Positions 39,701 to 53,145 are shown, counted from the first letter of the stretch. The stretch: 64,000 nucleotides of DNA from Phallusia mammillata (GCA_965637545.1 OZ281494.1:14136001-14200000), one strand, 5' to 3'. Made by a program: numbers and translations. The notes: a model not told the origin generated them from the sequence alone.

Positions 39701-42700
39701 ACTAAGGCACACCAAGGTTACAACGCCTGTGAGCTTGCGCAAACATGCCAGTGCAAAAAAATCTGTTTGCAAAAACTACCTCCTTTCTCATTACCGATTT
39801 AGTTTCATTTTTGCTTGCATAAGGGGTCCTACCACGGATTTGACGTGGTGATGCAAAACCGTCACGTTTTGTGCTTGGCCCAAAACATATTATTGTACTA
39901 TTGCATTATAATTCGTAACACATAGAACAACTTTATTGGCATGTCGCTTACGGTGCATCTGGATTATCATATTACAGTAGATCAACAACTGTTGTTTGGG
40001 GAGTTAGATTAGTAAAGCACCTGACACATTTTCAACTAACTACTGTGATTTGTTCGTGCAGGGTGATTGTCTCAATTCTAAGCATCGCGGGAACTGACTG
40101 TCGACTTGTTGAACTCGGTAAAGTCGCCCAAAAGACTTCGGGAAAGGTAGGTCAGCCAACGTCATTTTGACATACCGCGAATAGTTAGACTGGTCTGCCT
40201 AGCTAAATGGTTCGCAAAGCGGAACGGTTGCTTCGCGTGCAATTATTTTTGGCTTGTAAAAACAACCTGTGGTCAAGTATAATATTCTGCACTCCTAGAC
40301 TGTGACAAGCCAGTGTAAATAATGTGTCAGTATGTTTGTTTTGTTCTATGGTGAAAAGCTTCGTAGACCTATGTATGTCTTAGTTCCATATTTCTGCGTT
40401 CATTTCATGCTAAGTGGGCTGTTACAAATTCAACAAAACACATCATTGGCTTGTATTGAAAGGCTTATGGTGGTTGACTTGATTTCAGTCACAATTTGAT
40501 TAAATTTTCCGTAGAAACAAGCTTGTAATGTGAATGAGCCGTAGAGAGCGTTGCTTTTACTTCTAATTTAGACATAGCGCTCTTATGGTCTCTTTGTGCA
40601 GTTGTACACAAACTTATTCGATTCAATACCCTGCAAGAGTGGCTGTGTAAGAGAGCATGTCATTGAAGATTGCATGGGTCATTGTTTTCTGGACATTAAA
40701 ATTCAAATTTTTGAGGAATCTTTTGATGAATTATCTGTTTTCTTATTACAAAGTTTACCACCTGTTGACTTTGCAACATTACCTACCCCAAAATTCTGAG
40801 AAATAATACGGTTTATTGTGTGCCTGAACACAAACAAACGACACACACATTGAATTTATGAAAGGATACCTATCTCGTTGTAGCATAAAACCCAAGGATC
40901 AAATTTGAATGCAGCATGTTAGACATCATTTAAGCTCCATGTAGACGAAATACATGACAACCTGGTTTTCCGTATATTGCGTAAACATTAAAACCGCTAC
41001 ACGGTGGCTAGAGGTGCGTGAAAACGGCATTTCCTGCATTGTCACTTTTGACACCTGCGCTATGCAGTCAACCCAACACACCACACGTATCCTATGTACT
41101 ACACTGATCCTCTGACATCCACATCGGATGGAATCACGCTTCGTATGTTTCCAGTAACGCTTTCTAAAACATTTCAAACCGCCATAACACCAGTCTTTTT
41201 AGAGCGGAGAAAAACTTTGCAAACCTGCGGTATATATTATGTTTTATCCCGTGGTTTTGTGGTAACCGAATATACCAGTTAGATGATATATATATATAAT
41301 ATTTTCTATTTCTAGTTACGATATTAAGTTTTAATTATGCAGTTTTTATTTGCAAGCTTTTATCACTTACCATAAAACGCCCAAAGTGTGTGATCCTATA
41401 TGGCAGTGGTTCTTAACCTTTTTCCTTGCTGCACCCCTTTCAAATCACCAACCAAGTTTCGAACCCCCCTGGGTTTTTGTATTTATATAGAATAGACCTA
41501 ACCAACCTTAATGATTGAGCATCCCCGCACCCCCTAGGAACAGTTCTCGCACCCCTGGTTAAGAACCCCTGCTATATGGAAACTTTGGGCTTGCTTTCAC
41601 AAGCTTCGTGTTCCAATTTCCTAATTGTAGGTTGTACATACTAGGGTTTCTCAAATTTGCCACTTTGGCTTATCCCGGGATTCCGGGACAAAAACAACCT
41701 CAATGCCGGGATATCCCGGGATTTTATTCGATTTTTGTTAAATTTTTATATTAGTTTGTTTGTTTCATTTTTATTTCTAGTGGGCCGGCAAAGCATCAAT
41801 GCAATATGTTCAGAAGGCCACCGTAGAGCAGCCTAAGTTAATTGAATATTTTTTTAAGTTGAAATCAGTTTTCAAATTAGTCAGTTGGTAAGTCCAATTT
41901 AGTTCAACCCATCAGGTTCCAGCTACTGAGATAGGATTAGAACCCACAACCTTGTGACACACGTCGATGGCGCTATAACCACACCGCCGTCTTGGAATTT
42001 TACAAATTGCCAGATTTTTACCAACTGGAGAGCTATAGCGCGAATTTGACTAACTGGATTCTATAACGTGGGTTCTAACACTGTTATAATGTTCGCAACA
42101 GCAGAACTATTTATCATTCCTGTTTGAATTGTTGCAAGAAACCTCGGTGAACACTTTAATTCACGGAAACCCAGTGGATGTCGCACCTCTGGTTGAAGAG
42201 TGCAACTAAAAAAGCATTCAATTTGCTAAAATTGTCCGGGATTCCCGGGAGATAAACCCTAGTACATACGAAACCACGAATATTGTCTTTTAAATCGAAA
42301 GCGTTTTTTACCCCCTTTATTAAATCTGTAGCGGGTTTGTTCCCTCATAGAACACATTGTTGTGGATTGTATTATGTGAACAATGCGGTATTGTGCAAAC
42401 AGAAACTCTTCCTTCCCTGCGACTGCGAGATGAATTTCAATGGGAAAAATATGATAAAAAAGATTTATGTTTGTTGTGTTTAAGGTTAGCATCGTAGAAG
42501 CCAACAACATATCTGAAGAGTTCCATGATATTCTTTCGGACACTGTGCTGGCCACTAACGTATCAATTGACCTCGTCACACACAAGCAACTGTAAGCCTG
42601 CAACTTTTTACAATTTCTGCGTTTCTAGTTGTCTGCAGAGTATAAAAAAGCCTGGTTGAACGACAGATTGTCATTTTTTAATGTAATGTCACAGTAGTTC

Positions 42701-45700
42701 CGTAGTATCAATTTACCAAGATAATTGCCTCCTTTGCTCCAGCGCCCAATGCTGTGATGTATATCGCAGAGCAACAGAAGTAGTTCAATTGTATTGGTTG
42801 ATTCCGGATGTAGCCTAGAGTTAGTAAATGGCACTTTCTGTGTTTTTCAATTACCTATCCAAAATATGTAAAACTGTGTTCTGTAAAATAAAAAATGTGG
42901 CAAAAACTACGCACACTCCACCAAGCAAGCTATAATGGGGTTGGGCAAATTACAAAATGTATACCTTGGGTTAGTTGCAAAATATAAGTCCCAAGAATAA
43001 AAACTAGTCACCCGTTTGTCATTTAAAGGCAATAAGTTGTTCTCTCATAGTCCTTGACACGTTCTTCCAGCATATCACATATCAGTTTTAAAGCAACTAC
43101 AACGGCTTAGACTCTTAGAAAACGCCTATACCTATATGTGTTTTGTTAACCAAAGTAACCACTGGCAAATACAAATTGTTGGCTTAAGGCGCAGTTATTT
43201 ACTGCTTGTATGTTTTTGAGTTAACTGTCGTTGAAGGTGTGTTTATTTTACCTCAGGTATTTCAGTTCAACGGAAGGAGTTGTCGGGAGCAACGTAGGCA
43301 ACTTTGTGGGAAATATCACAAACGATTCTGAGACTTCGTTTCGATATGGCATCAAACGAGATGGAGGTTTGTAAAATATGGGACGAACTAACGATTTTCT
43401 AATGTTAAGGTTGAACTATTAGCTTGCCCCCCCCCAAATATTTTACTCACGCCTACCAATTCATTTGACACTTGAAGCATTTCCTTAGTACTTTTTTGTA
43501 CAAGAAAGACAGCTGTGCTTTTTCATTGAAATCGTAAGTTTTTTTCGTAAGACAAAAAAACTTAACTATTTTAATAACAAAAGTTAAACCTTTTCAAATT
43601 TCCGTTGTATTTAATCCACTTGTTTCTTAAAATATTAAAGTCAATTTTGAAATATCTTAATTATTTTCAACAGAATTTGCGAACGTAACTCCGCCGCAAG
43701 AGGCGCCCTTCCAACTGAAAATCATGTACCGTCCGCCAGATGGCAGTGTTTGTTTGCGCGTCATCACCCAGATGCGACCGGTGACGGAAAATCGCGAGCT
43801 TGCTGAATCCGAGATGAACTTGGGAGTTGTAGGTAAATATGGTCTGACTCTCTTAAGTCATCGTACTAACATTACACAAGCATGTAAAGGAATAATTGAA
43901 CAAGACTTGGTGCATAGTCAATGAAATATAATGCGGGGCATTTGAGGTGATTTCACTGATTTGTACATCCATATTTCTACAGTAAATTAGACTCAAATTA
44001 TTCAAGAAGAAAAATGAAAAAATGCTTATTCAAAAAATGGTGTATAGTTAATCAAAAGTGCCGAAATATAAATGCCGTACATTTGTGGTATATATATATA
44101 TATGTCAAATTACGCGTACAGTCGGGATAAGATTTGACAAATTTCAAAGATCAAAAGATCTATTGTTTAATTAAAATGCTTTCCTACTCGGCTAAAGTCA
44201 AGTCGTTTAAGAATAAAATACCACCGCAAGTTGTACAAAATTTATCACAGAAAGTCATTTGATGATCCTCGCATCGCGAGACAATGTTTCGGAAAGTTTG
44301 TTTAAACTAGAAATAGTCAAACAATTATCGTTAATATTCGACTAGATTTGTCATGTTAAATATTGACTTTTTCGATCCTGCACATGTCTCTACACACATT
44401 GTTCGAGAAGTCAGTGTTTGCTCTTCATGAAAAGTCTTTCTTAAACTTCAATACAATTCCTCACTTCTCAGTGCATAGTGCAGAAGTTTTGAGTAGCTTT
44501 CTTGCATTTGACCCGTTTGTTACAACTTTGCGCTTGTAACTATTAAGGATTATGTTTGCAAGACATTTTCTTATCATACTTTCAACTTAAAGCTTTGTAT
44601 AAAGGGGCTTTCGGTACAATTGTTCGTATTTATGCCTTTGCACGTTTGGTAAATTAGAAACTGTTATATTCTGACACTGGATTAAATCACTTAAAGTCCA
44701 AGTGTCGGTTATTGATACCAAAGCTACACAGATCAATGCAATTTAGGAATTTATTGTCATTTCTTATCCCACAAGCAAAATCCGGCTCTGTGGGCCACCT
44801 AGCGGATGTTTGTCGTGTGTTTTTACATATTTCTTTACATACGTACAGGTGCCTATGCTAGTCAGTCGGCAGCTAAACTGGCTTTGGAAGGAGAAATTGA
44901 CTATGCACGTGAAGTGACCAACGCACATAAGCAACTCTTGTTTCGTGGCATGTGAGTATGAAAATTTAATCCATCGTTAAAGAGAGCTGTCTTTACAATC
45001 GTGATTTATCATACTTTTTTAACGCAACTATCGTTTGGAGGTATCGTACAGGGCTTGCGTATCACCTACTTGCGGAAAATATCCACAAATCAAAACATAG
45101 TCTGAACTGACAACTCCTTGAGAATTATCAGCTCAAGGTGGAAAGTCAAAACTAATAACTCCAAAAATAGAATTTAATACAAGGCAATTGGAAGATCCAT
45201 AAATAATGTACAGAACAAAAAAAGCGACTTGACATTGAAAATGTGACACAAAAATGCACATTGCGTTGCATAGAAGTTACAAGTTCTTTTTTTGCCGTGT
45301 TAGCTATTAGGGATGTGCCAAAACTGCAAACGTTCTGTTTGGTCGAGCACCGAGCATCTCACGTTAATGCTCGGTGCTCGGCCGAGCACGCTCGGTGCAT
45401 TATGACGTCACAAAAATCCCCTTTCTACGTATTAGCTCTACAAGGTCTTTTACGTCACCAGCGGTGTATTAAGCTGTACAGGCCCCAGAAGTACACGTTT
45501 TTCCACCATCTAATACATTTGAAAAATGATTCGTTTTTGTTCATAGACACCCTTTCGAACACTAGTTACGTATGCTAGCAAGGCATGAATATGCAAATTT
45601 AATGCTCGGGTCAGTTCTTGCAACTGCTCGGCCGAGCACCGAGCATCAAAAACAGCGATGCTCGGTACCGAGTACTCGGGTTCTGGCTCGGCTCGGCGCA

Positions 45701-48700
45701 TCCCTATTAACTATAGTAACCTTGTATACCACCTGGAAGACCTTCTTACCACAGTTTTAAACCACTTTTCTGCACTATAAATGGCTAACATGGCCTTTTC
45801 AACTTACGCTTACGTATATTTCAATCAACCAGGAGTTTACGTTCTCAAACAAGTTCTATCGCCACTTTGAAAGAAGAAGAAAAGATCTATGAAAGTGTCA
45901 AGAGCAAAATTGATGACATTGGTCGAGAACTTGCAAAGGTAAATCTTGTTGTTATGTGGTGACCCAACACATATGACGTCACTCATGCATGACGTAATAT
46001 AGAGTTGTAATGCGGGGCGATCTTGGGCTTATTTCCAGCCTGACTTTAAACACCGTCAGATTTGTGTAGTAAATCCGCTAGCTTTTAGGCCTAATCTCGG
46101 CTTTTTTTGAAAAAAAACTTTGAATCCAAACGTGGCGTTTAACTAAAATGTGTCTCGGTTTTGACATTCGAATAAGGAACGAGCTGTAGTTTTCAGAATC
46201 AAATTCAGCTAACTGCTAAAAAGTCTATGTCATTTAACTTAGTTCGTGTTTTTTAACAATCACCAAACCACGCTTAGATTTTGAACACTAAAGCTGTACG
46301 CAGTACTTTTGTGCCGAAAGATGACTAGGCATGAACGTAGTTATTTTTTTAGGTTGACGTTAGTTCATCAAGTGAAGATCTTTCGTCCCCGGATATCATC
46401 CCTTGTGAAGTGGATGTTTATGAAGGAGTTGGCGGAGTTCCAACTTTACCCCGTGGGGCTGATGTAAGCTACAAAAAAACGTTTTACTTGAATTGTGTAA
46501 TATGGGATTGACTCGTGCAGTGTATTATGGAATCAAATGATTGAAAGAACCTAATCTGTAGTTATTTAGGATTCTTTTTTGGGTCTTAACTTTGTTTGGG
46601 CCTTGCGCAAATTAATACCCGGTTTTGTCAAATATGCACACAAATACTAAACTGAAATAAAACCAAAAGCTAAAAATTATTATTTCCAGTTGAGCCCTTT
46701 ACAACTGATTAAACCAAATGTACAGTTGGCAATAAAAGCTTGAAAAAGTGCACACGAAAAATAAAGACTATTGTTGCAAAACCAGATGTTTTACATAACG
46801 CTAAAGTCTTAAATCACCATCGTAGCTACCTGAACGCTACATGTTCACTGACGGACAAACTGTAACTGTACTTTATCATTTGTCCGAGTTTTCTGGTGTG
46901 ACAACGAGCGGAAAATGTACGCAATCGGAGTGAAACACTCTGATGTCAATTTTTACGGCGGTGTGTTGTGCAGGCTGGCTCGTCATCCTTATAAGGCTGT
47001 ATACACTGCAACTAAAAAACTTATTATGGGTTATATGTATAATTGTATGTAGTGTTAGTGGTATGAAACATCATAGTATACCACGTGTGTCTGAAACGGC
47101 GCTCTATGTGCAAATATTCGAAAGGTCCCACCTGCTCTTCCTCCTCGTGGAAGAAGCATGCAACAACCGAACAAACTTTCCAAAGCACCTTCTCTCGAAT
47201 CAATGCTCTCCAAGCTTCCATCAATTCCCAAGGGACCGATCGGCAAAAAGAAAAAAGTAAGATACCTTTCACTTTTCTGGTTTTCTTTCAAAACACGAAA
47301 CTTTACTTTTTGCTGTAAAACGTTACGACACGAAAACTTGTTAAATTTCTGTAAGACTCTACACTAAAGTTGCCTCAGCTTTCTTAACTGAAGAAAAAAT
47401 GATATAGATCGAGTGTTTGCGAAACCAGTTGTTTTGTGACTCCTTCCTTTCCGCTTGGCGTCGCCTTAGAGTAAATCTAACATTTCAGATATTTTCGGAC
47501 AAAAAAGAATCCATTTGTGATTAGACTTAAGACTTTTCATCATTTTTCACGTATCGGAGCATAGTTTTTACTTGCAGTTTCGTTCATACAAGGTGTGAAA
47601 AAAGAATGCTTTGGGTTTTGGAGATATTTTTTTCTAAAATAAAATAGATGTGCTTCGCTGCTGCCAAAATATAGATTTGGCTCTCTTGTAAAATCGGCAC
47701 TAACTTAACTTAATAGATCAAAAATACTATTCATATTGTGGTTAGTATGTAAGCGACCGTTATAGATCTTTTAGCATCGATTTACTTGGATGCACATGCA
47801 GCTAAAACGAGACCGCGAGAACCCAAAATTATAACTACCTTGGATTAGTGCGGATTTGGTGTTGTATTTAGTAACGGATTGCTTAGTCACGTGCCGGCAT
47901 GTGATTACTGACGCAAGTGTGTGAACCCAAAAAACGCCAAAACCAAAGTTAGACCATGACAAGGCGTTTGTGTTAGATGCAAACACAAGGTATCTCTTTT
48001 CGGTGTTTTTGACTCTTTTTAACTCCCATTGTGTTGTTTCGCGGGTATGTGCATTTCTTCTAGGCCATCTAGGGCCACAATGGAAGCCTGGAAAAAAGTC
48101 ATGCAGTGAAGCATAACGGTGCTTTTCCAGCGAAGTTTTTTATGTAGTTCGAACTAGTACTGCACCAAATCCGTTAAAAATCCGTACCGATACCAAACGT
48201 TGTATATGTCCAAGCATAAAAGACATGTCCTAATGGGTGCTTCACAACGAATCGGATGTTAGTAGTGGAAGTAAACTTGTCTTAAACACTCCAATACAAT
48301 CTTTTTTGTATGTATAAAAAAACACAACCTTTTGCAACTTAATCGCGTTTTAAAGGAACACCCAAGTAATTCGTTACGTTTAGATTGATCAGTTAACTTC
48401 AAGTACATATTGATTTTAAACGATAAAAATGTTCGTGTTCACCCGGAATAAAAACAAAATAGAGTCGAAGCTGAATCCTAAGCAAAACTGGATATTCGAC
48501 CGAAATAATTAGTGCTGTGGTTCTCAATCTGGGTGAAATGAATTTAAAAACCTTTGGGAGGAATTTACTTTAACTTTTACATTTGATTTGTAGATAGGCA
48601 CTTAAGCTCTGGGAACATGACTTGTGAAGTTGGCAAAATATCTAATTTTAAATGATCTTTGTATAGTTGAGCATCTACTATGTAGCATATTAAGGGGGGA

Positions 48701-51700
48701 TTCGCCAAAAAAGCTTGGGACTAATTTATTGCGTCACATGTTTAAACCAAAGCGTATACGACTGTATTGATTCACATCATAGATTTGAGAAACAACCCCA
48801 GCTACACCATTTTTAATTTTGCGTGTAAGTTGATTTCAAACCCATAATGTGTTAGTTAAACTTATAACGTGAGTTTAACCCAGAAAGCCGTATCTCCTAA
48901 TGATGGATAAAAGCACTTGGGCAATTTGTACACTCTTTAAATGTGATATCGTATTTCGTTGGCGATTTTTGTCGTGTAGTGGACTGACGGTGACTGTGTC
49001 ATGTGATAGTTGTTTTGGTGCACAACAATCTGTACGAAAGCTTTTAGTGGTTAGTACGTATCAGTATAGTGTTTTTATAGAAATGTTTTTTGGTACCAGC
49101 AGCAAAAAAAGAGTTGTATTACTGCGAACTGGATTTTCTCCTGATGGTTTAAACTTGTGTAATTTTCACAAGTACGTCATATAGGGTCACAATTCCTACA
49201 TCATGTATCACGCGTATAATTTCCTTTTGAAACCCCGAGTACACCAAACGCGTCGGTGCGTCTATTTTTATTTTCGACGCTGAACCACTTTGACGCACTG
49301 CCCCACCCAAATACGTATCCCGTGTTTTTCCAAGCCCTTTCTCGTTTCCTTCGTTCCTTAGTCGCTTAGTTGGGTCACAATCGTTCCATTGTCAGTCGGC
49401 CACCATCCAGTTGGGAATAGTCGCTTCGTTGAACGGTAACGTCCGATGAACGCCAAAGGGCTACGTGTCCCTGATGACCATTGTGAGTCAGACTCGCGAA
49501 AAGTGTTAAACCTCTCTTATGCTCCCCGATGTTGAAATTTGTGACCATAACGATACAACTAAAATGTCCTCGCTTTTAGTTGCTTGGTAACCGTGGATTT
49601 GTAAACCTTTTTAGATTGATATGCTTGGTGCATTTAATTAAATTAAAACAAATCGTCTCATTTCTCATTACAGTTTTAATTGGAAGCAGCGATTAACTGC
49701 GTTGTATATTCAACCCAATTTAACGAACTGTGGGAAAACGCTTACCCAGTTAGGTCTGATTTAACACAGGTATCTGCTTCACACTACAAAATATTCACAC
49801 ACTGTGTTAAAAAAGTAAAACGATCCACAATGACTTTCCGAAGGAAACCAAACACTTGTTTACACCTGAATATTTTACGCTCTGCTGGATTCTTACGTCA
49901 TAGTGTGATCGTCACCGTGCTGCGCGTCGAATCGTCAAATCATTTTGTTGTGCCATGAATCTCAACCACACGACATTTTTGTCCACCCATATCACACGGA
50001 GAAAAGTTGACAGAAGATTGCAAGTTGTATGCCGGAATAATCCCACCCACCCTTTCACGCTTTAGTTCAGAACACTGGAACCTTGCCTCGACTGTGGTTA
50101 AAACCGGTGACACACGATGCCCGCTGGAAGACGAAACTAAAGTTTTCCTTATTGTTTTGGCCCAAACTCACGCGAGATTGCGGCCTTACGTGGTTTTCCC
50201 AGGAAAGAAGTGAACATGTGTTTTTGGTCGCATGTTTCGAAACACAAACCCGTTTTGGTGATCATTCCACAATTTTAAGATTTTACTAACTTTCTTGTTA
50301 GTTTATAAACAAATATTCAAAATGAAGCCAATCGTATATAATCGAAGCTTGAACTTTTTACATGGACTTTTTAACGTAACAACAAACCAGGGCTAAATAT
50401 TGAGCTTTAAAAACATGTAAAAATATCAGTTAAAATGGTTGAGGCTAATTTGTCTTTTAACATGTACTTGTGTGTGAAGCCACAGCCCTTTAATGAAATG
50501 GCCGTGCACGTAACTGTGGCAGTGAGAAAAGCTCTAACCTTTATTAACAAGATGATATATTGGTAGCGGTAACGTGATTTGGAAATACAATGCTATGTAT
50601 TCCTCTTTCGCTGAGATAACACATCAACACAAAGACTCACTTTCAGGGGTGTTATTGGAGAGGCCAACTTTCTATTTAGATTACGGTAATGAGGACCCTA
50701 CAGGTCTTTTTGTAAACTTTTCAAGTACTGGGGTAAAACCATATGCTGAACTCCTATCTAAATTTAAATGCCGCGCAGATGGAAATGTAGTTACATTATA
50801 AAGAGGCATTAGGAAAAAAAACATGCTACAATTTGCATTTGAAGATAAAATTGGCACTTAATTTGTACAGTTTAAACGTGATGTGCATTACCCTGTTCAG
50901 TTTTCCTCAAGCGGCTTTAAAGCCTTATAGTGGACAAACTCGTTTTCCTGTTGTTACCATTTTACCCCTAAGTGCACGCAATGCTCGACTGATTTTTCAC
51001 CGCTAAAGAATCCCTAACACAATGCAAGTTATTCAAGCGGTAAATGCACCCACACCGTTCGGCCGCAGAGGTTTTCACCGCAACCATTAACTGGATTTTG
51101 AAAAGTTGGTAACAGCAATATATTCAGCATTTATTCAAAAATATAGTTTTTGTTGTTCTTTGCGTAAATTGGTTGGTCCTTCTTAACAACTGCATATTCC
51201 AGTGGTGTCCAACCCTTTTTGACCAATTCCTCCCTTAACGATTGAAACATTTTCAGATGCTAACTAAACCATACAAAGATCATTTAAAATTGGGTATTTT
51301 ATCAACTTCACAAGTCATGTTCCCAGAGCTTAAGTGTTTATCTACAAGTCAAATGTAAAAATTAAGGTAATTTCCTCCTCTCAAGTTTTAAAATTCATTT
51401 CTTGGCAGGAATTCCTTTCCGGTTGGGAACGACTAACTATTTCGGTCGAATATCAGGTTTTGATTGTGCTTTTATTTCTCAACATGCAGTTGTGCTTTTA
51501 TTTCTTTTGTTAAATTCGCCTTTTCCGGATATCGTTGCTTAAAAAGGGTAGAGAAGTATTAGAACCATCACCTAAGACCATTTTGCCGCACTTGACCGGG
51601 TTGGCATGCCTACGTGTTGTGGTATTGTCTTACTGGGGACGAGTTTTCGTGAGGAATTTACATTCGAAACTCGGCAAATTCTTTCGTTTCTGTCCGAAAA

Positions 51701-53145
51701 AAGGTTTGCCCCTTTTAGAAAATTAAAAAGCGAACGTGCAAGCGTTATCAAGATGACATCCTTCTCAATCTGGTTTTCATTTTGTCTTTCCACAGGTCAT
51801 GAATCTTCATACTACTTCTAATTGCTTAAACTCTGTGTGTATTTGTTTAAAGTCCATTGTGGTAACTGTTTGCTCCGTGAATATTAAATGTTCTTACCTG
51901 TTTCTACTTCTCCTCCAAATCTTCTCCTCATAAGCGTGTCAAAAAGTTGTTGTTGCATTTGATTTTGCTTGAAGCGTTAGAACGCTAATATTTGTGAAGC
52001 ATTCGATTTTCTTTGTTGCGTTGCAGCAAATTTTAAAGAAATGGGATTTTACGAACAACGCATAATTATAAACTATGCGACGGTTTGTACCCGAATGGCC
52101 TGCACAAAATTTTGTGTGGGGTAAATTTGTAAGCCTCTATGTCACTTTGATTAATAAACAGCCCCACCTAAAATAATTTCCATCTGTTTACACGCCAATA
52201 TATGTATCTTTTTGACTCGGCATTTTAAATACATTTTATAAATCGCTCTACCGCTTCATAGGCTACATCATGAAACCATTCAAGTGCATTGAATTGATGC
52301 TTATGTATGGCAATATGCGAGAAATTCACCCACTCTGGGGCCCACTCTTTTATGCATTCGTCCACGCTTTTGATAGCAAGATAATAAATAGTGCAGGATA
52401 AGTGACCATGTCGAAGTTTACTGAAACAATTTTACGGTGTGTTGATTTTGTGGCCTTTACCTGTTGTTGGCCAATCTTTAACATGTCCATTGATGCACAA
52501 CGCGGGCAGGACTTTTCTGTCTTCGTTTAAAAACCTGTTTGTTGTTTTACCTACGATATTAGCTTTGAACTACGCTTTCTAAGTGGTTTGGTTCACCATT
52601 GTGCTTCGAAGCACAGATCTGTGAGACGTATCGGTTCAAGACAGTGCATATTCTGTGGCCATCAAGTGTTTTTTATTTATTTGTTGGGGCTATTAAGGCT
52701 TTTTCTTTAAATCCATTATTGTGCCGCTATTATATCTTAAGAATGAATAATTATTTTATTTGTTCCGCAAACTCCACAAACAACTGAAAGCGTGTTCGTA
52801 TATTATATTTGTACAATAGCAAAATCGGTAAAGAAAGTGTATTTGCTGTGAAAAGAAATTTCTTGTTTCATTACCAAAGGAAAACTTTCTGACCAACATT
52901 ATAAAATCTTGAATATTTTGTCACCCCATGCTCCATATAAGATGTAGAAGTATTATATAAAAGTTGTGTAATGTTAGTTTATTTGTAATCTTAGTAAGTA
53001 ACACTCTATTGCTTAGTTTATTTCCAACCTCACGTATCGTTTAACGCAGAACAAAAAGAAAGTTGCCCAGCAGTATAAGGACGAAACGGCTCAGAAAATG
53101 TTCTCCTTTTCCAAGGCCACGAGCAGTCGCATGGTTGGCTCATAG
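27793..53145 (+). CDS. 'Circularly permutated Ras protein 1-like' protein: Pro-rich N-terminus, Sec23/24-type Zn finger, vWA (MIDAS) and Sec23-like beta/helical regions; no Ras domain
   Basis: Phase-consistent exons 27793-27854, 28640-28720, 28822-28939, 29669-30355, 30657-30748, 31606-31759, 32049-32225, 32457-32498, 33082-33171, 35726-35880, 37714-37795, 39506-39624, 40062-40146, 42485-42591, 43257-43366, 43674-43832, 44849-44951, 45833-45938, 46353-46463, 47125-47256 and a probable terminal exon 53050-53145 (NKKK..KDETAQKMFSFSKATSSRMVGS*). Motifs: QCATC..WICKFCG, VVLCIDTSGSM, VSRLQGVQQAI, RVALVTFSD, GGVTALGPAL, VIVCTDGRANVGVG, VLATNVSIDL, VGNITNDSETSF, PFQLKIMYRPPDGSVCLRVIT. The terminal exon is less certain; alternatives lie at 47470-47520 or 47489-47524. 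Confidence 0.85.
27880..28167. mobile_element. hAT (Buster-type) MITE
   Basis: TIRs CAGGGGTCGGCAACC / GGTTGCCGACCCCTG. Perfect TSD TCTTATGA. GCGTGCCA internal repeats. Confidence 0.92.
33472..33811. mobile_element. hAT (Buster-type) MITE
   Basis: TIRs CAGTGGTTCCCAACC / GGTTGGGAACCACTG. Perfect TSD GTTTAAAA. GGGGCCAC subterminal repeats. Confidence 0.92.
33851..34525. mobile_element. Degenerate hAT-derived element
   Basis: Begins CAGTG...TTCAACCGGGGTTCTGCGGAACCC with repeated GGTTCCG motifs. A possible decayed end GGTGTTCCGTCAAAGACGCTG lies near 34505-34525. It directly follows the 33472-33811 MITE. Boundaries are approximate. Confidence 0.4.
36478..36793. repeat. 158-bp tandem duplication (two near-identical units) within a larger degenerate repeat extending to about 37583
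   Basis: Units start with CCCAAAGTTTGTCCGACTCG at 36478 and 36636. Motifs GGCTGAAATTT and CCCCTAAAATGGG recur near 36810, 37135 and 37227. Confidence 0.85.
38423..38683. mobile_element. hAT (Buster-type) MITE, slightly decayed
   Basis: TIRs CAGGGGTGGGTTACC / GGTTGCCCACCTCTG. TSD CATTAGAG / CATTAAAG (one mismatch). Confidence 0.85.
41404..41571. mobile_element. hAT (Buster-type) MITE
   Basis: TIRs CAGTGGTTCTTAACC / GGTTAAGAACCCCTG. Perfect TSD CTATATGG. CACCCC repeats. Confidence 0.9.
41642..42261. mobile_element. hAT (TAGGG/Ac-type) non-autonomous element
   Basis: Ends TAGGGTTT / AAACCCTA. Perfect 8-bp TSD GTACATAC (41634-41641, 42262-42269). CCGGGA subterminal repeats at both ends. Confidence 0.88.
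41920..41993 (-). mobile_element. tRNA-derived SINE head (or tRNA pseudogene) nested in the hAT element
   Basis: The - strand reads GACGGCGGTGTGGTTATAGCGCCATCGAC...GGTTGTGGGTTCTAATCCTATCTCAG, with A-box-like TGTGGTTATAG and B-box-like GGTTCTAATCC at tRNA-like spacing. The acceptor stem is imperfect. Confidence 0.55.
45308..45706. mobile_element. hAT (TAGGG-type) MITE
   Basis: TIRs TAGGGATGTGCC / GGCGCATCCCTA. TSD TTAGCTAT / TTAACTAT (one mismatch). Palindromic GCTCGGCCGAGC subterminal motifs at both ends. Confidence 0.88.
51200..51435. mobile_element. Old hAT MITE
   Basis: Left CAGTGGTGTCCAACC and right GGTTGGGAACGACTA. TSD degraded. Confidence 0.5.

Noticed and set aside
40596-40799. 67-aa ORF preceded by tttgtgcag, a candidate extra exon of the vWA gene
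   Set aside because: Exons 40062-40146 and 42485-42591 already join in phase with family-typical sequence (SGK|VSIV), and this ORF runs to a stop without similarity.
49445-49507. Second hammerhead-like CTGATGA...GAAA with an internal hairpin
   Set aside because: Five unpaired nt separate the core from the stem, and no NUH triplet or stem III with the required A-U pair can be formed.
51406-51455. Apparent + strand micro-exon (ggcag|GAATTCC...ATCAG|gt)
   Set aside because: It overlaps the right TIR (GGTTGGGAACGACTA) of a decayed hAT MITE.
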